From: Gammaproteobacteria bacterium | GTDB lineage: Bacteria > Pseudomonadota > Gammaproteobacteria > Steroidobacterales > Rariloculaceae | Reading direction: 5' to 3' | DNA length: 64,000 bases | Assembly (NCBI GenBank): GCA_035513215.1 | Contig: DATKCK010000005.1 | Coordinates: 45,733-109,732 of the forward strand | Part shown: piece after piece, positions 28,319-38,052 of the stretch | Layout of the letters: every line of letters begins with the position of its first letter | Position numbering within the stretch: the first letter of the stretch is position 1 | Notes under the pieces: model-generated | The model's input: only the letters and a program-made list of their open reading frames with translations | Database searches by the model: none | What the model was told of the DNA's origin: nothing | Position numbers and translations under genes: made by a program

Positions 28319-29826
28319 TCGTTCGTCTCGTTGGTGGCGTAGAGCGGGATGATCCTCGAAAGGACTCGCCGATAGCCCGCGTAGGCGTTGCGATAGGCTT
28401 CGACGTTCCGGCCATCGGGCAGGGCCGTCTTCGACTCGTCGCGTTCGACATGCGCAGCGGTGATGTCGGCGATGCCGACGTCCGGACCCGTCGCGCGCTC
28501 GAGCGTCCAGAGCGCCTGCAGGGCCGCGCCGAAGCCCGCCCCTTCGTTTTGACGGAGCACCGTGACCGGCAGGTTCGTGACGTCGGCGACGATCTGTCGC
28601 CAGACGCGGCTCAATGCCCCGCCGCCCGTCAGGACGATCTCCTGCGCCTTGAGTCCGAGTCCCGCGAGCTCGTCGATGCCGAACTTGAGGCCGAACGTCG
28701 CGCCCTCGACGGTGGCGCGCAGCAAATGCCCCTTGGTGCAATTCGACGCGTCGAGACCGAGGTATGAAGCCTTCGCTCTCGGCAGATCCGGCGTCCGTTC
28801 GCCGTTGAAGAACGGCAGGGCCACGAGACCCTCGGCGCCGGCCGGAACCGACGCTATGGTCCGGTCGATGTCGCCGACGGCGACATCGAGCGGGCGGCGC
28901 ATGAGCTCCGTCGCGTACGTGCAGTTCATCGTGCAAACGAGCGGCAGCCAGCCGCCGGTCGAGCCGCAGAAGGCCGCGATGTTGCCGCTGGGGTCGACGA
29001 CGGGCCGGTCGGAGTGGGCGTAGAGCGTTCCCGACGTGCCGAGGCTCATTGTCAGCTTGCCGGGGACGACGTTGCCGGTGCCGATTGCACCCATCATGTT
29101 GTCGCCGCCGCCGACCGCGACCTTGACGCCGGCCGGGACGCCGAAGCGCGCGGCGGCTTCGGGCGTCGTGTCGCCGATGAATTCGCCGGCCTCGATGAAC
29201 GGCGGCAGGCAAGCGCCGAGGTCGCGGCCCGGATCGATGGCGTCGAGCAGCTCGCGCCGCCACCGGCGCGAACGCACGTCCATCAGCCCGGTGCCGGACC
29301 CATCGCCGTATTCCATGACCTTTCGTCCCGTCAGCGCGTAGTTGACGAAGTCATGCGGCAGCAGAATGTCGGTCATGGCATCGTAGTTCGCCGGCTCGTG
29401 CCGCCTGAGCCAGAGAATCTTCGGCGCCGTGAAGCCCGTGACGAGTGCGTTGCCCGAGATCGCGATACAGCGTTCGCGGCCACCGACGGCGCTGATGATC
29501 TCGTCGGTCTCGTCTTGCGTCGTCGTGTCGCACCAGAGCTTCGCCGCGCGCAGGGGCTCGCCGTCGAGTCCGAGCGCGACGAGCCCGTGCTGCTGGCCCG
29601 AGACGCCGATTGCCTGGATCGACTCACGCACCTCCCGCGGGATCTGCGACAGCGCACCGCCCAGCGCGTCGAGCCAGCTCGCCGGGTCCTGCTCGGCCTT
29701 GCCGGTCGCGTCCTGGTCGAGATCGAGCGCAGCGGAAGCCGTTGCGGCGACTCGCTTCGACTCGAAGTCGTAGGCGACGACCTTGAGGCTCTGCGTGCCG
29801 AGATCGATGCCGAGCACGGTAAGCAT
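28315..29826 (-). CDS. xylB: Xylulokinase (FGGY family)
   Basis: [17 protein letters not shown]..., [25 protein letters not shown]. Its stop overlaps the xylA ATG (ATGA). Confidence 0.88.
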   Translation of the reverse strand: MLTVLGIDLGTQSLKVVAYDFESKRVAATASAALDLDQDATGKAEQDPASWLDALGGALSQIPREVRESIQAIGVSGQQHGLVALGLDGEPLRAAKLWCDTTTQDETDEIISAVGGRERCIAISGNALVTGFTAPKILWLRRHEPANYDAMTDILLPHDFVNYALTGRKVMEYGDGSGTGLMDVRSRRWRRELLDAIDPGRDLGACLPPFIEAGEFIGDTTPEAAARFGVPAGVKVAVGGGDNMMGAIGTGNVVPGKLTMSLGTSGTLYAHSDRPVVDPSGNIAAFCGSTGGWLPLVCTMNCTYATELMRRPLDVAVGDIDRTIASVPAGAEGLVALPFFNGERTPDLPRAKASYLGLDASNCTKGHLLRATVEGATFGLKFGIDELAGLGLKAQEIVLTGGGALSRVWRQIVADVTNLPVTVLRQNEGAGFGAALQALWTLERATGPDVGIADITAAHVERDESKTALPDGRNVEAYRNAYAGYRRVLSRIIPLYATNETNE

Positions 29827-30221
29827 GGAGCTAGCTACCCGTCGAGTGTGACGAAGCTTCGGCCGGGGCAGCTGACGATGACTCGCGCGGCCGTGATCTT
29901 TTCCATGGAGGTCAGTGTCCCGTTGCGCCCTCGGCGCACATCGGCCTTCCCGGCGCCGTTCTTAGACGGCGGGAAGCGCCCAGGCGCCTGCTCACTACCG
30001 GCCCGCTGGTGTACCTACCGGGGCCAAGCGGCGTACGTCCGCTGGTGGCGTCCCGTCTCGTATTCTGATGTTGACTGTGTGAGATCAGGCGCCAGGCTTG
30101 CGGATAATATAGCCTCGAGCGGGCGGCCGTGTCACGTACTGCAACACTGTTGCTTCTATACTCGTGCGCGGTGACGCCTCGGCGGATCGAGACATCAGGA
30201 GGGTTTCGCTTGAGCCGGACG

Positions 30222-31271
30222 ATGCGCAGGTTTCTCTCGGGCGGGATGGCGCGTCGCCCGTTCGGGAACGCGTTGGCTCCGGTTCTGCTGCTCGCGCTGG
30301 CGCCCGTGCATGGACAGGAGGCGGACCGCTGGCGCTTTCGGCAGTTCCAGCTCGACAACGACTACTTTCCCGTTCCTTACACGACGCCGGAAGATCGCTT
30401 CTACACCAATGGCATGCGGGTCTCGCTGGGCAGGGGCGTCTTCGAGCCCGATACTGACGGGCTTCCGTTCTGGCTGCGTCGCGTGCGAAAGGCCTGCGCG
30501 GGCTGCTCCATATTTCCGAATTTCTCGATCGGGCACCAGATCTATACGCCCGAGGACGTCGGCAACTCCGATCCCCAGCCCGGCGAACGCCCCTGGGCTG
30601 CGTGGCTCTATGCGGGATTCGGAGCCGCCGTCGATACGGCCGACCGCGCGCGTCACGACATCGAGGTGCAGATCGGAGTGACGGGCGATCTGGCAGGCGG
30701 TGAGCCAGGGCAAAGGTTCTGGCACGACATTGCAAACGGACCCGAGGCGCTCGGCTGGGATAATCAGCTCGGACCGGACCTCGGCATCAACGGTTACTAC
30801 AACTTTCAGCGTATTCTGTGGTCCGCCGAGGACGAGGAAGTCGTCGACTGGGATTTCGTGCCGAGCGTCAAGGCTGCCGCGGGCACGATGATGACTTATG
30901 CCGGTGTTGGCGGCACCGTGCGAATCGGGCGCGGTATCAGGGACTTTCCCTATTCGCCGATTCGGCCGAGCGAGCGCAGCGTTTCAGTCGACGTGCTGCC
31001 CAATCTTGCGATCTACGGATTTATCGGCGCCGATATCCGCGCCGTTGCGTACAACTATTTTCTCGAAGGCAGCCTGTTCCGTGACGAGCCGGTGACGGTC
31101 GAGCCCGAGCGCTACGTCTGGGACTTTCACTTCGGGGTCACGGCGAGATTCAGGCGGTACAACATCACTTATGCCGTCGTGCGCCGCTCCGAGGAGTTCG
31201 AGCGAACGGTCGGAAACGACAGCGGAATCCACACCTTCACGTCGGTGTCACTGACGGTGGGCTTCCGCTAG
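30222..31271 (+). CDS. Lipid A deacylase LpxR-family outer-membrane protein (DUF2219)
   Basis: Signal peptide ...ALAPVLLLALAPVHG. Family blocks FQLDNDYF...EDRFYTNGMRVS and GWDNQLGPDLGINGYY. C-terminal ...SVSLTVGFR. The start could be the second ATG at 30246. Confidence 0.75.
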   Translation: MRRFLSGGMARRPFGNALAPVLLLALAPVHGQEADRWRFRQFQLDNDYFPVPYTTPEDRFYTNGMRVSLGRGVFEPDTDGLPFWLRRVRKACAGCSIFPNFSIGHQIYTPEDVGNSDPQPGERPWAAWLYAGFGAAVDTADRARHDIEVQIGVTGDLAGGEPGQRFWHDIANGPEALGWDNQLGPDLGINGYYNFQRILWSAEDEEVVDWDFVPSVKAAAGTMMTYAGVGGTVRIGRGIRDFPYSPIRPSERSVSVDVLPNLAIYGFIGADIRAVAYNYFLEGSLFRDEPVTVEPERYVWDFHFGVTARFRRYNITYAVVRRSEEFERTVGNDSGIHTFTSVSLTVGFR

Positions 31272-31295
31272 CGATCGTCCGGGCAGGCAGTACAG

Positions 31296-31760
31296 CTAGC
31301 GGCGCGCCTGCATGTTCAGTCTGGTACCGCCGAAGAATCCCTCGACGCTGTCGAGCTCGATGACGACGGCGACCCCTTTTCGCTCCGGATCCTGGCTCTG
31401 CTCGAACTCGTGAGAGTTCCCATAGACCCTTTCGCGCGTTGGCGTGCGGTCGTCGCGGCCCGCCCGCCCGCGCATGATCATGAAGCGGCGATCGGTGGGA
31501 TTGAAGTCGCCGTAGATCAGCGCGACGGCCGGATTGCTTGCGATCGACTCGAGGATGTGTCCGGCGGGGTTTCTGACCCAGATTGCCAGCTGGGTATCGC
31601 TGAAAGCCTGAGTGCTGCCGCGATAGGACAGCCGCGGCGCCCCGTCGGCGTCGACGTAGGCGATTGCGATCGGCTTGCCCGCGCCGAAAGCGCCGTCGAT
31701 GGCTGCCTTCATGTCCTCGGACAGCTTGAGCTCGGTCAGCTCCGGCGCCGTCTTGCTCAT
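31296..31760 (-). CDS. Pyridoxamine 5'-phosphate oxidase-like (split-barrel flavin-binding) family protein
   Basis: ATG at 31760. Pattern ...IAIAYVDADGAPRLSYRGS...LAIWVRNP...ALIY... typical of PNPOx-like small proteins. Confidence 0.6.
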   Translation of the reverse strand: MSKTAPELTELKLSEDMKAAIDGAFGAGKPIAIAYVDADGAPRLSYRGSTQAFSDTQLAIWVRNPAGHILESIASNPAVALIYGDFNPTDRRFMIMRGRAGRDDRTPTRERVYGNSHEFEQSQDPERKGVAVVIELDSVEGFFGGTRLNMQARR

Positions 31761-31840
31761 CGACGATTTCCCTCCAAAGCGTTCCGAAACAGCGGCCATG
31801 CTAGCATTCCGGGTAGCCGCGACTACAGATGGGGGCTAGT

Positions 31841-32830
31841 ATGAAAACGGAACGCGCGCTCTTTCTCGCTCCTGCTATTGCGACGGCGGCAGCGCTCGCA
31901 GCCGGCCTCGCGACCGGCGACGTCCGCGCGCAGGCTGCCGACTGGGTGACGCCGCGCACGGAGTGGGGCGATCCGGACCTTCAGGGTATATGGCCGATGC
32001 GGTACCTGAACGGTACGCTGTTGCAACGCCCCGAGTCCTTCGGCGAGCGCCGATTTCTCAACGATGACGAGTACGCCGAGCGTGTCGAACGGCTGGCCGG
32101 GCTCAACGCGCGCTATGACAACGAGATCTCGAGCGGCCAGATCGGTCAGGGGCACTGGTCGGAAATGGGCGAGCCGAATCGCTACACATCGCTGATCGTC
32201 GAGCCGGCGAACGGGCGGATTCCGCCGATGACCGGGGAGGGTGAACGCCGCTCGGCCATGATGACGAGCAGCTGGTCCGGCGGCCCGTTCGACAGCCTCG
32301 CGGACTTCAATGCCCTCGATCGCTGCATCACGCGCGGCTTGCCCGCCTCGATGTTCACCTTCATGTACAACAGCGGCATCGAGATCAGGCAATCTCCGGG
32401 CTACGTCATCATTCGCCTCGAGCTCGTGCACGAGACGAGGGTCGTCCCCGTCGACGGCAGGCCGCCGCTGCCGTCCGCGATCGGGCAATGGCTCGGCGAG
32501 TCGCGCGGCTACTGGGAAGGCGACACGCTCGTCATCGAGACGGCGAACTTCAATGCCGAATCGGCGATGACGATCGTCGGGCCGGGCTCGACGCCGATTC
32601 CGACGAGCACGGAGCTGCGGATAGTCGAGCGTCTGACCCGAACCGCAGAAGATACGATCGACTACGAGATTACGGTCGAGGATCCCGTCGTTTTGACCGG
32701 GCCGTGGAGGGCGGCCTATCCTTGGAAGCGCGATTCCGAATACCGGTTCTACGAGTACGCCTGTCACGAGGACAATCGTACGATTCGTGATTTCATCAAC
32801 AGCTCGCGGGCCGAGCGGGGCCTGCGTTAG
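31841..32830 (+). CDS. Exported hypothetical protein (~330 aa)
   Basis: Signal peptide MKTERALFLAPAIATAAALAAGLATGDVRA. Conserved-looking N-terminal WGDPDLQGIWP motif. No family I can name. 12 nt upstream of the next gene. Confidence 0.55.
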   Translation: MKTERALFLAPAIATAAALAAGLATGDVRAQAADWVTPRTEWGDPDLQGIWPMRYLNGTLLQRPESFGERRFLNDDEYAERVERLAGLNARYDNEISSGQIGQGHWSEMGEPNRYTSLIVEPANGRIPPMTGEGERRSAMMTSSWSGGPFDSLADFNALDRCITRGLPASMFTFMYNSGIEIRQSPGYVIIRLELVHETRVVPVDGRPPLPSAIGQWLGESRGYWEGDTLVIETANFNAESAMTIVGPGSTPIPTSTELRIVERLTRTAEDTIDYEITVEDPVVLTGPWRAAYPWKRDSEYRFYEYACHEDNRTIRDFINSSRAERGLR

Positions 32831-32842
32831 GGAAGCAAGCGA

Positions 32843-34168
32843 ATGGGCGTGATCGGAAAAGAAAGATCCTCAGGCGGCATTCTTTCGTTCGCCGCGGCGT
32901 GCATCGCGATATCTGCACTGGCTACGCCGACGTCGTCGGCTCAGCCGACGGCCTCGGCCGAGCCTACGGGGTCGACACAGCGCGCCGATCTCCCGCCGCT
33001 CGACCCCGGGACGATACCGGCGACGACGTCGACGATTCCGCCCGGCATCATCTGGTCGTCACCGGAGCTCGGCGAGGGGCCGTTTCTGATCGAGTCGGCC
33101 GTGCCCGAGCACAGGGAGCTTCGGGTCGTCGTCGTCGCGCGCGATCTGCGACAGCCCTGGTCGATCGCGTTTCTGCCCGACGGCGACATGCTCGTGACCG
33201 AGCGCGTCGGCAACCTCCGGCTGATTAGCGACGGCGCTCTCGATCCCGAGCCCGTGGCCGGTGTGCCCGAGGTCCGCTCGGGCGGCTTGCAGGGCCTGAT
33301 GGACGTCGTGCTGCATCCGGATTTCGCGAGCAACTCGCTCGTCTACCTTTCCTATCACCGGCCGGTCTCCGACAACGTCGGCGAGACCGTGCTCGCGCGC
33401 GGCAGATGGACGGGCACGGCACTCGCCGATGTCGAGGTCATCTTCGAGTCCGGCGCGACCGGAACGGAGTCCTCGCGCATCGGCTTCGCCACGGACGGCA
33501 TGCTGCACATGACGATCAGCGCGCCGGGCACGGGCGAAGGCGTGCTGCGATCGCAACGCCCGGACGACTATGCCGGCAAGACGATTCGACTGCACGACGA
33601 CGGGCGGATCCCGGCCGACAATCCGTTCGTCGACGAGCCGGACTGGCTGCCGGCGATCTATACGACGGGCCATCGCAACGGGCACTCGATGACGCTGAAC
33701 CCGTGGACGGACGAACTCTGGGTCACCGAGCAGGGGCCGAACGGCGGTGACGAGATCAATATTCTCGAGCCGGGGGGCAATTACGGCTGGCCCTTCGTCA
33801 GCCACGGCCGGACCTACCCGGGACCTGCCGTATCGCAGAACACCTGGCTCGAGGGCACGAAGCCGCCTGTCGTCGTCTGGGTGCCGTCGATTGCCGTCAC
33901 CGGCATGACGTTCTACTCCGGCGGCGTGTTCGGCGGATGGGAGCGCAACGCATTCGTCGGCGGCTTGCGCTACGGCGAGACGCCGCGCACGGGCCAGCTC
34001 CAGCGCATCCAGTTCAATGAAAACTGGGAGGAAGTCCGGCGTGAGCCGATGCTCGGCGAGCTCAAGCAGCGGATTCGCGACGTTCGCGAGGGCCCGGATG
34101 GGCTGCTCTACGTGCTGACCGCCGAGAATCGCGGCGCCGTGCTCAGGATCGAGCCGCGATCACAGTAA
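32843..34168 (+). CDS. PQQ-dependent sugar dehydrogenase (YliI type), paralog 2
   Basis: Signal peptide. EQGPNGGDEINILEPGGNYGWP. C-terminal RDVREGPDGLLYVLT. Confidence 0.85.
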   Translation: MGVIGKERSSGGILSFAAACIAISALATPTSSAQPTASAEPTGSTQRADLPPLDPGTIPATTSTIPPGIIWSSPELGEGPFLIESAVPEHRELRVVVVARDLRQPWSIAFLPDGDMLVTERVGNLRLISDGALDPEPVAGVPEVRSGGLQGLMDVVLHPDFASNSLVYLSYHRPVSDNVGETVLARGRWTGTALADVEVIFESGATGTESSRIGFATDGMLHMTISAPGTGEGVLRSQRPDDYAGKTIRLHDDGRIPADNPFVDEPDWLPAIYTTGHRNGHSMTLNPWTDELWVTEQGPNGGDEINILEPGGNYGWPFVSHGRTYPGPAVSQNTWLEGTKPPVVVWVPSIAVTGMTFYSGGVFGGWERNAFVGGLRYGETPRTGQLQRIQFNENWEEVRREPMLGELKQRIRDVREGPDGLLYVLTAENRGAVLRIEPRSQ

Positions 34169-34237
34169 CGAGACCGCCGAACATCCACGAGTATACGTCG
34201 GCGAGGACGTCCCGGTAATGCTCGGCGGCGCTCGGCA

Positions 34238-35069
34238 TTACTTCTGCACCACGTACCAGTTGTTCTGCACGTCGTGCTCGAACCGGTTCGTCGTCACGCG
34301 GCCGAAGCCGGCCTCGGCGAGGTATTCGAGCGTCTTCTTCTCGCCCCACATCGCGCCGAGGCCTTCGCCGCCCTGGGCCAGCGACACGGTCATGCAGTGC
34401 ATGCAGGAGACCGTGTACAGCAGCGTGCCGAGCGGATGATCGATGTCCTCGTGGACGTGACCCGTGCCGCTGATGTCCTGCCCGTAGGCGATCGCCTCCC
34501 CGGACAGATCGATTCCCGTGAAGCGGCTGGCCGGATACAGCGCCGCGAGACGCGCCAGCACGAGCCCGCGACCGCAGCCGAGGTCGAGCACGTCGATACC
34601 GGCCTTGAGCCTGTCCGTCAGGCCCGGCACGAGCGTCAGAATGTGCGACTCGAGCGACGACAGCACGGATTGCCCGCTGTCCTCGGCCATGACCTCGTGG
34701 AAACGCGGATACTTCGAGTAGGGGACGCCGCCGCTGTTGAAGAAGCATTCGACGATCTCGTTCTCGACCGAACCGAGGCTGCCGATGTACTGCGCGAACA
34801 CGGCCATGTTGTTGGCAGCCGCGGCGCGCGTCAGCGAACCTGCGTGCTCGGGCGGCAGGCGATAGGTCCCGGCACCGGGGTCGTAGTCGACGACGCCGCC
34901 GGTGACCACCGCGCCGAGCCATTCGCGGACGTAACGCTCATCGAGGCCCGCGCGCTCGGCGATCTTGCTGACAGAGCGCGCCGTCGTTGAGCGCGTTCAA
35001 AAGCCGGCCGGCGAAGGCCTCGGCACGGGCCGGATCGAAGGGGTCCAGTTGTCTTGCTGTCTCAGCCAT
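34238..35069 (-). pseudogene. Class I SAM-dependent methyltransferase, degraded (frameshifting N-terminal deletion plus large in-frame deletion in the Rossmann fold)
   Basis: ATG at 35069 gives MAETARQLDPFDPARAEAFAGRLLNALNDGALC and then stops (34938). The family sequence resumes in another frame at SKIAERAGLDERYVREWLGAVVTGGVVDYDP. Motif I VLDLGCGRG is present. After IDLSGEAIAY the sequence jumps straight to the C-terminal block HVHEDIDHPLGTLLYTVSCMHCMTVSLAQGGEGLGAMWG, skipping the middle of the fold that I remember from homologs. Confidence 0.6.
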
Positions 35070-35181
35070 GATTTTTCTCCAGTTTTCCTTCCGGCTCGAC
35101 GGCCGGATGGTGTGCAAGCCTAGTCGTCGCGCCATGGTTCCGCTAAAGTCATTTGGGGCGAAAACCGGACGGATCTGCCAG

Positions 35182-35854
35182 ATGGCCTCGGCCGACCACA
35201 AGCTCTGCGTGGCGCTGCTCGGCGTGCCCGAGTCGACGGCATCGACCCTGTACGGCATGTACGACGTGCTCGAATCGGCCGGCCGGGACTGGAACGCGCT
35301 GATCGAGCGCAAGCCCGCCGAACCGGCCCTGCGCGCGCTGATCGTCTCGACGAACGGTTGCCGAGGCCGGCCTGCTCGACGGCTGCGACGCGACGACGCA
35401 CTGGGCATACAGCGACGCGATGCGGCGGCGCTATCCGAAGCTGCGCGTGCATCCGAACCGCGCGCTCGTGGTCTCCGGCGCCGAGCATCGTCTGGTCATG
35501 GCCGGCGGTGGCACGTCCTGGCACGACCTTGCGCTCTATCTGATTGCGCGCTTCGTCAGCACCGAGGAGGCGATGCGCGTGGCCCGATTGCAGCTCTTGA
35601 GCTGGCACGACATCGGCCAGCAGCCGTTCGCGACGGTCGCGCGCAATCGCCAGTCCCATGACGCGCTGATTGCCAGATGCCAGGAATGGATCGCCGAGCA
35701 TTACGACGAGGCCGCGCCCGTCGCCGCGATGGCCCGCCTGAGCGGCCTCGCCGAACGCAGCTTCAAGCGGCACTACCTGACGCCGGCGCAATATCAGAAA
35801 CGCTTCCGGGCGCTGCGTCGCGTGCTCGAGGACGAGCTCTCGGGGGTCGGATGA
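35182..35854 (+). pseudogene. GlxA-type (DJ-1/PfpI + AraC HTH) transcriptional regulator, degraded by internal deletions
   Basis: MASADHKLCVALLGVPESTASTLYGMYDVLESAG...LRALIVSTNG then shifts frame directly into AEAGLLDGCDATTHWAYSDAMRRRYPKLRVHP...GGGTSWHDLALYLIARF, so most of the DJ-1 domain core is missing. Later ...MARLSGLAERSFKRHY|LTPAQYQKRF joins the first AraC helix-turn-helix directly to the end of the second. Confidence 0.6.
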
Positions 35855-38013
35855 GGGGCGGCCTGATTTGCGCGCTCGCGTTGATTGCGGCCGTCCCCGG
35901 CACGTCTGCTCGCGCGGAGGACGGTTACGACCTCTGGCTTCGTTACGCGCCGATCGAGGCGCGGGCGCGGCAGTCGCCCGGCGCACGATTCACGGTGATC
36001 GTGCCGACGCTCGAGTCGTCGGCGACGCTCGCGGTGGCCGCCGCGGAGCTTGCGCGCGGGCTCGGGGGCATGCTCGGAGTGGAGGTGACGGTTCGGCCCG
36101 CGAGCGCATTCGGGCCGGAGCTCGCCGACGGCGCGGTCGTGCTCGGAACGCCCGCCTCGCTGGCCTCGGCCGGCATCGACGTCACGATCGAGTCGCCGAG
36201 TCCGGACGCCTACGCGGTCGCGGCCGCGCGGATCGACGACAACGAGCTCACGATCGTCGCCGGCAACAGCGAGGTCGCCGTGCTCTACGCCGCGTTTGCA
36301 CTGCTCAGGCATCTTGCGACCGGCGGCGATCCGGCGCGCCTCGATATCGAATCTGCACCAAGAATCACTCATAGGCTGTTGAATCACTGGGATAATCTGG
36401 ACAGGTCAGTCGAGCGCGGCTATGCGGGGCTCTCGCTCTGGGACTGGCAGACGCTGCCCGAGCACCGCGACCGGCGCTACACCGACTACGCGCGCGCGAA
36501 CGCGTCGATCGGAATCAACGGCACGGTCCTGAACAACGTCAACGCCCGGGCCGACAGCCTGACGGCACCCTACATCGAGAAGGCCGCGGCGCTGGCCGAG
36601 GAATTTCGGCCTTACGGCATCCGCGTTTATCTGTCGGCCAGATTCAGCGCGCCGATCGAGATCGGCGGGCTGCCGACATCGGACCCGCTCGATCCCGCCG
36701 TGCGCGCCTGGTGGCGCGACAAGGCCGACGAGATCTATGCGGCGATCCCGGACTTCGGTGGCTTCCTCGTCAAGGCGAACTCCGAGGGGCAGCCGGGGCC
36801 CGAGGACTTCGGCCGCACGCATGCCGACGGCGCGAACATGCTGGCCGAGGCTGTTGCGCCTCACGGCGGCATCGTCATGTGGCGCGCCTTCGTCTACAGC
36901 GACACGAACCCCGAGGATCGCGCCAAGCAGGCTTACGACGAGTTCATGCCGCTCGACGGTGACTTCGCCGACAACGTCATCGTGCAGGTCAAGAACGGGC
37001 CGATCGACTTCCAGCCGCGCGAGCCGTTTCATCCGCTCTTCGGCGCCATGGAAGAGACGCCGCTCAATGTCGAATTTCAGGTGACGAAGGAATATCTCGG
37101 CTTCGCGAGCCATCTCGTTTACCTGGCGCCGCTGTACGAGGAGTTGTTGCAGGCGGATACGCACGCGCAGGGTCGCGGGTCGACCGTTGCTCGGGTCGCC
37201 GACGGCAGCCTGTACGGACACGGACTGACCGCAATCGCGGGCGTTGCGAACACGGGCAGCGATCGCGACTGGACGGGCTCGACGTTCAATCAGGCCAACT
37301 GGTACGCGTACGGGCGGCTGGCCTGGAACCCGGACCTGACGGCGGTCGCGATCGCGCGCGAGTGGCTCGGGCAGACATTCACGACCGACGAGGCTTTCGT
37401 CGAGGCCGCGACCGAGCTGATGCTGCTGTCGCGCGAGGCGCCGGTCAATTATATGACGCCGCTCGGGCTCGCTCACCTGATGGCGACGGGACACCACTAC
37501 GGACCCGGTCCGTGGGTAGCGGATCTCGGCAGGCCGGAGTGGAATCCCGTTTACTATCATCGGGCCGATGCCGACGGCATCGGCTTCGATCGAACCGCGA
37601 CGGGCAGCGACGCGGTCTCGCAATACGCCGAGCCCGTGGCCGGCCGTTTCTCCGGCCTCGAAACGGTCGGCGACGAATACCTGCTCTGGTTTCATCGCCT
37701 GCCGTGGATCTACGAGATCGAGGCGGGCCTGACGCTCTGGGAAGCGCTCGTTCGCCGCTACGACCTCGGTGTCGCGCAGGTCGACGAGATGCGGCGACGC
37801 TGGGCGGCGCTCGAGCCGTATGTCGACGCCGAGCGCTTCGCCAAGACGTCCGAGCTCCTCGAGGTCCAGCGGCGCGAGGCGAAGTGGTGGCGCGACGCCT
37901 GCATCGCGTTTTTCCGCGCGGTCGCAGGCCTGCCGCTGCCGCGCGACGTCGCGCCGCCCGAGCACCCGCTCGAGCATTACCTGCAGATCGACAACCGTTA
38001 CGCGCCCGGCTAG
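35851..38013 (+). CDS. aguA: Alpha-glucuronidase (GH67)
   Basis: ATG at 35851 overlaps the stop of the regulator remnant (ATGA). Signal peptide MRGGLICALALIAAVPGTSARA. EDGYDLWLRY. VKANSEGQPGP. EFQVTKEYLG. Full length ~720 aa. Confidence 0.88.
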   Translation: MRGGLICALALIAAVPGTSARAEDGYDLWLRYAPIEARARQSPGARFTVIVPTLESSATLAVAAAELARGLGGMLGVEVTVRPASAFGPELADGAVVLGTPASLASAGIDVTIESPSPDAYAVAAARIDDNELTIVAGNSEVAVLYAAFALLRHLATGGDPARLDIESAPRITHRLLNHWDNLDRSVERGYAGLSLWDWQTLPEHRDRRYTDYARANASIGINGTVLNNVNARADSLTAPYIEKAAALAEEFRPYGIRVYLSARFSAPIEIGGLPTSDPLDPAVRAWWRDKADEIYAAIPDFGGFLVKANSEGQPGPEDFGRTHADGANMLAEAVAPHGGIVMWRAFVYSDTNPEDRAKQAYDEFMPLDGDFADNVIVQVKNGPIDFQPREPFHPLFGAMEETPLNVEFQVTKEYLGFASHLVYLAPLYEELLQADTHAQGRGSTVARVADGSLYGHGLTAIAGVANTGSDRDWTGSTFNQANWYAYGRLAWNPDLTAVAIAREWLGQTFTTDEAFVEAATELMLLSREAPVNYMTPLGLAHLMATGHHYGPGPWVADLGRPEWNPVYYHRADADGIGFDRTATGSDAVSQYAEPVAGRFSGLETVGDEYLLWFHRLPWIYEIEAGLTLWEALVRRYDLGVAQVDEMRRRWAALEPYVDAERFAKTSELLEVQRREAKWWRDACIAFFRAVAGLPLPRDVAPPEHPLEHYLQIDNRYAPG

Positions 38014-38052
38014 GCTAACTGCCAGGCAACGGTGAATCCGAGGACAACAACA

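Noticed and set aside
26972-29263. A 763-aa ORF that would extend xylA far upstream.
   Set aside because: Xylose isomerase homology starts at MSTKPF (ATG 28318). The extension overlaps xylB in another frame and is Arg-rich junk.
29827-30221. Possibility that the long xylB/LpxR spacer encodes a known housekeeping RNA (SRP/4.5S, 6S, tmRNA) or a tRNA.
   Set aside because: I could not find the conserved SRP domain IV motif, the tmRNA 5' end or tag region, or a T-loop GGTTCGAATCC-type sequence. I kept it only as a low-interest unexplained non-coding region.
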